Positions 60,415 to 64,000 of a stretch of 64,000 nt of DNA are shown here, in pieces. Made by a program: the position numbers and the translations under genes. A model generated the notes under the pieces. The model was not told where the DNA came from. It did no database searches and saw only the letters and a program-made list of their open reading frames with translations. The DNA lies in NCBI GenBank assembly GCA_965203805.1, contig OZ241917.1, positions 1,440,001-1,504,000 of the forward strand, in the 5' to 3' direction. The DNA comes from Candidatus Latescibacterota bacterium. Lineage in GTDB: Bacteria; Latescibacterota; UBA2968; GCA-2709665. Within the stretch, counting starts at the first letter, position 1. The number at the start of each line of letters is the position of its first letter.

Positions 60415-60567
60415 CTACTTGCAAGACTCGTCGGTAGATTTCTTCGGGGCAATTCCCCGGTCTGAACGCAGATGGTCGACGAACTCGCCAAAGCGCTTCC
60501 GCCCAGGTCCCACCTTCCTCACCCGCAGGTTCTTCAGATCGTACTCGGCCCGCAATTCATCCTTCAT
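60415..60567 (-). pseudogene. Truncated BrnA-like antitoxin remnant
   Basis: MKDELRAEYDLKNLRVRKVGPGRKRFG followed by unrelated sequence; no toxin gene adjacent. Confidence 0.45.
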
Positions 60568-60667
60568 CGGCACCCTATCCTTTTTCAAATGAGTCTCTCT
60601 TTCGCAGGTTCTTCGTTATTCCACTGAACACACGTTCGACGCGATTCCGTCTCAAAACGAGAAGCCA

Positions 60668-60844
60668 TCATCCGGCAGCTTTGGGCTTCTTCCCAACGCC
60701 GTGCTTCGGATACGTAAGCCTTCCTTTATGTCTTTTCTCTTTTTCGCGTAGTCGCTCTACAATTTGACGAATGTCGTGGTTGCATTCTTTTGCGATCTGT
60801 CGTCGAACTGCGTGAATTCCCTCAACGATAGGGTCCTTCCACAT
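60668..60844 (-). CDS. 58-aa partner (putative antitoxin) of the PIN toxin, below the ORF-track cutoff
   Basis: MWKDPIVEGIHAVRRQIAKECNHDI...; GGAG RBS; 2 bp after the PIN stop. Confidence 0.7.
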   Translation of the reverse strand: MWKDPIVEGIHAVRRQIAKECNHDIRQIVERLREKEKRHKGRLTYPKHGVGKKPKAAG

Positions 60845-60846
60845 AA

Positions 60847-61338
60847 TTATTCTCCTTCAGGGACTTCCAGGAGTTCCTCTGGTGTCACAATGACTGGCGT
60901 CAATCGACCCAAAGATAGGTTAACTGTCTGAAGCCGTTGAATGACCACACCGTTTGCAAGGTGCTTGCAGTTCCACGTCAGCAGATACGCCATCTCGTAG
61001 ACAGCCGCGTAAGCCAGATGTACCGCATCTAGTGGCGCCACTGACGCGAGGCCCAGCCGACTCTCGTATTCCACTGCCAGGTCTGCAACGTCGTCTGTCG
61101 ACGCCAGAATGGATAGCCCGTCTACGAAACTCCGCCGTCGAGTAACTGCATCAGGATCACCGGCGCTGATTTCTTCCAGGACCGCCTCAGATATGTACAT
61201 ATCAAATCTTTCGCGCGCCTGGTACCACCAATCGTGGGTAATCTGCTGGTGTGCCGCTACAATCAAATCCCGGCTGGGGCGAGCAGCCAGGTAACTTGGA
61301 ATTGTCGATTCGAGATACAGAGAAGATTTTTCAATCAA
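60847..61338 (-). CDS. PIN-domain (VapC-like) toxin
   Basis: YLESTIPSYLA, V..EI..GD, DA.HLA.A, LLTWNCKHLAN, TPEEL. Confidence 0.87.
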   Translation of the reverse strand: MIEKSSLYLESTIPSYLAARPSRDLIVAAHQQITHDWWYQARERFDMYISEAVLEEISAGDPDAVTRRRSFVDGLSILASTDDVADLAVEYESRLGLASVAPLDAVHLAYAAVYEMAYLLTWNCKHLANGVVIQRLQTVNLSLGRLTPVIVTPEELLEVPEGE

Positions 61339-61576
61339 AGTACGCTCTCAATTACCTTGCAGAATCCTCGATTCATATAGAACCTCCGCATCCGTGTGCA
61401 CAACGCCAATATAGATTATTGGCTCACCAGGAGCAAGGTTTTCGGTGGTTCCGAAGTTGAAATCTACAGGAATGTCGCCCGGCCGACGATGCCCGAACCA
61501 AACGGTTCCGCGGGTACGCGATTGGTCTTGAAGGGCGTCGACGATGAGAGATGCAATGGTACCTGCGAATGAGAAA

Positions 61577-62872
61577 TCATCTCGCTCGAATCATCAGTTT
61601 GCCGAGAACCTTCAGACCCTTCTCAAGAATCGGATCCTCATCCGCGTGCAGGGTTTTCGTCAGCGTCTCGACGAGTACGGACGGGATATACGCGCTCCTG
61701 GACGTTCCGGCGAACTCCCGAGAGGCCGGGTCACCCGTCAGCGTGCCGTTGAAGACCCTCTGTTTGGTGCATTGGAACCCGATTCCGGTATGGGGCATCC
61801 GCATCGTATAGACGGAACCCTCCAGCCCGGCCATTCTCGTTCCCACAACCGCCGCTCTGCCCAAAGCATCCAGGCTGATTGCCAACCCCTCCCCGGCGCT
61901 TCCCGTCCACCGGTTCACCAGGATGACGACCGGCCCTTTATATTGCCATGCACCTCCCGGTTCGACCCGGCTAAGAAATGGGCGTCCGCGTCGAGGCACG
62001 GTTCGCTGGTAGACACGTTCCCGGTCGATCAAGCGTCCGATAATTCCCTCAACGATCCCCGTATTGCCGCCGCCGACTCCGCGAAGATCGAGGATCAATC
62101 CGCCGGTGTCGCGCAATGCGTCCAGCGCGGCGTCGAAAAGCTCCAGGAGTCGACGGCCCGCCAGGTCGCCGTTGATGATCACGTAGCCGATGCGCGGATC
62201 GATGATACGAAATTCGAGTATTGTCCGGTGTTGTGAATCGTATGCGGCATCGAACGCTTCGGGCAGGATGGAGACGCGCTTCGTCTCGCCCTGGTATCTG
62301 ACTTCGATCATCCTCGTCCGATTCCGATGTCCCGCGAGCACCTTTCTCAGCGTCCAGCCGTTTATTTCGCCATCGACCTGGGCGAATGACCCGCCCGTCC
62401 GCTTTCGGACGGCGTCTTCTATCGGCAGGCCGTTGAAACCAAGGATTTCCATCCCGGGACAAAGACCCGCGGCTTGCGCGGGAAAGCCCGGCCTGACGCC
62501 TGTTATGATCGCCTTCCCGTCCTTCCATTCAGCCCATATGTCCGTCCGCGACGGGACGATGTTCGGAGAAGATGCCGTATGCGTGTTCAGATGAATATGG
62601 TCGTCGTACAGTTCCTCCAGAACCGTCTCCATCAACGCGACAAATTCCGACATCGTGGCCACTGACCGGACTTGCGGCCTGTAGATGGTCCTGACCCGCT
62701 CCCAATCTGTCTGCTTCTCGTCGAAATACGCATAGTCCGCCCTGAACGTCTCCCACAGAAAGTCGAAGTCCTCTTCGTATTGCTCCGCGGTCAGGTTGCC
62801 CTGCGCGAACGCCATGGAACATCTGAGGAAATTGAGCGTCACGACCGCGCAGAGGATCAACACAACGAGCAT
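61577..62872 (-). CDS. S41 family peptidase with PDZ domain
   Basis: Signal peptide, YAYF, L.D.H, LILDLR..GGG, TGSAGE. Confidence 0.87.
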   Translation of the reverse strand: MLVVLILCAVVTLNFLRCSMAFAQGNLTAEQYEEDFDFLWETFRADYAYFDEKQTDWERVRTIYRPQVRSVATMSEFVALMETVLEELYDDHIHLNTHTASSPNIVPSRTDIWAEWKDGKAIITGVRPGFPAQAAGLCPGMEILGFNGLPIEDAVRKRTGGSFAQVDGEINGWTLRKVLAGHRNRTRMIEVRYQGETKRVSILPEAFDAAYDSQHRTILEFRIIDPRIGYVIINGDLAGRRLLELFDAALDALRDTGGLILDLRGVGGGNTGIVEGIIGRLIDRERVYQRTVPRRGRPFLSRVEPGGAWQYKGPVVILVNRWTGSAGEGLAISLDALGRAAVVGTRMAGLEGSVYTMRMPHTGIGFQCTKQRVFNGTLTGDPASREFAGTSRSAYIPSVLVETLTKTLHADEDPILEKGLKVLGKLMIRAR

Positions 62873-62913
62873 CGGTTGCTGCCTTTTGGTCAGGTTATTG
62901 GGCGGGGCTGAGC

Positions 62914-63003
62914 GCCCACAAGGGACGCCCCTGCGAGGCGTAGGGCGCCGACTCAGAGATGTGGCCGCTTGATCAGGTAGAGCAAACTGTCAGTTTGCCG
63001 CAC
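62914..63003. repeat. REP-like motifs including a GTAG-flanked palindrome
   Basis: gcccacaagggacgcccct and GTAG-agcaaactg-t-cagtttgc. Confidence 0.5.
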
Positions 63004-63184
63004 AGTCGCATGGCCGTGGTCTGTGACGTACAAAGCGAACTTAAAGCCTTTATTAACAATCAATAGATTTTCCCATAGGTCCACAGACACCGGGTAATAA
63101 AAGACGCCTAAGAGAGCTATGTGTCCGTGAAAACCAGGTTCTGTTTACCAAGTTCGATGAATTGCCGATACCTGAACGGACGCA

Positions 63185-63931
63185 CTATATGACATTGTTA
63201 ATTGCGTCGGGCAATTCGGACAGCGAGCCGATTGTAAGGTCGAATCGATCCGATCCACTTCCCCCGATCTTGACCGTCTTTGCGCCAAGCTTCCTGGCGG
63301 CCAGAAGGGGGGCCTCGTCATCGTCTACAACAACTGACGCTTCCGGTCGGGCCCCGACTTCACTGAGAATCCGCGCGTGGAAGGCGCCGTGCCCCTTTTC
63401 AAAGCCGACCAGATCAGACCCGAACGGTGTGCCAATCCGTTCGCGGACACCGATGCGCGCCAGCACGGTTTCGATCACCCAGGATGGATTGCCGGATGCC
63501 GTATGGATTTCGAAATCGTCGGCCAGGGACCTGATGGCTGCCGCGGATCCCGGAAAGACTGCGTTGGTATTCAGATACACGTGGGTGAGTGCACGCTCGG
63601 CAGCGTCAACACGTTCCTCGAATGTGCAGGGCGCTTCTACCCCCACTTCGTCACACAGTTGCTGCACCCACTCCGCGTGGAGGCGGTCCCACCACCGGGA
63701 CAGATTGAGCCCTCGCAATCCCGGAGCCTTCCTGTACTCTTCACTTCCACGATTCCAGACCTTCAACCATATTCGTTCCTGATGTTCAGCCCAGACACTG
63801 GCGTCTCCACCCAATAATTCGCTGAACCGGGTTCCTGCCAACCTGCTGCTTTCTGATTCCCACATCGCGTTGTCGAGAATCACGCCGTCCAGATCCAGAA
63901 AAAGGAACTTCCGTTCGCTTTCGTCCATCAC
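63185..63931 (-). CDS. HAD-family hydrolase
   Basis: FLDLDGV, TASG, EK, VDD. Confidence 0.82.
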   Translation of the reverse strand: MMDESERKFLFLDLDGVILDNAMWESESSRLAGTRFSELLGGDASVWAEHQERIWLKVWNRGSEEYRKAPGLRGLNLSRWWDRLHAEWVQQLCDEVGVEAPCTFEERVDAAERALTHVYLNTNAVFPGSAAAIRSLADDFEIHTASGNPSWVIETVLARIGVRERIGTPFGSDLVGFEKGHGAFHARILSEVGARPEASVVVDDDEAPLLAARKLGAKTVKIGGSGSDRFDLTIGSLSELPDAINNVI

Positions 63932-64000
63932 ATCTCTCGTCTAAGAAGCGACTTGAAAAACAACAGAAACTACAAAACACGCGAAAAAAACGAAAAAACG

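Overview
GC-rich bacterial chromosomal DNA. The PhyH, sulfatase and DUF2961 content resembles Latescibacterota/Poribacteria-like organisms, but that is inference only. I found no rRNA, tRNA or CRISPR array. Layout: (1) 0-8 kb, glycan/sulfur catabolism; (2) 8-34 kb, a mostly minus-strand run of small modifying enzymes (GNATs, methyltransferases, kinases, NUDIX, phosphatases) with an intact IS630 and many toxin-antitoxin modules, most of which have lost or broken the toxin but kept the antitoxin; (3) 34.6-51 kb, a MacAB-TolC-like exporter with three adaptor lipoproteins, two paralogous ~800-aa permeases, an S9 peptidase and a creatininase fragment; (4) 51-64 kb, hydrolases, oxidoreductases and more TA remnants. 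Two non-coding signals stand out. The first is a ~118-bp sigma54-type cassette (-24/-12, IHF-like box, two enhancer boxes) in three copies with near-identical internal spacing and a non-canonical -12 (TTGAT). The second is an AT-rich array of about ten 14-bp quasi-palindromic units over a near-consensus sigma70 promoter of an orphan higA. All product calls come from motif recognition by eye; no database searches were run.
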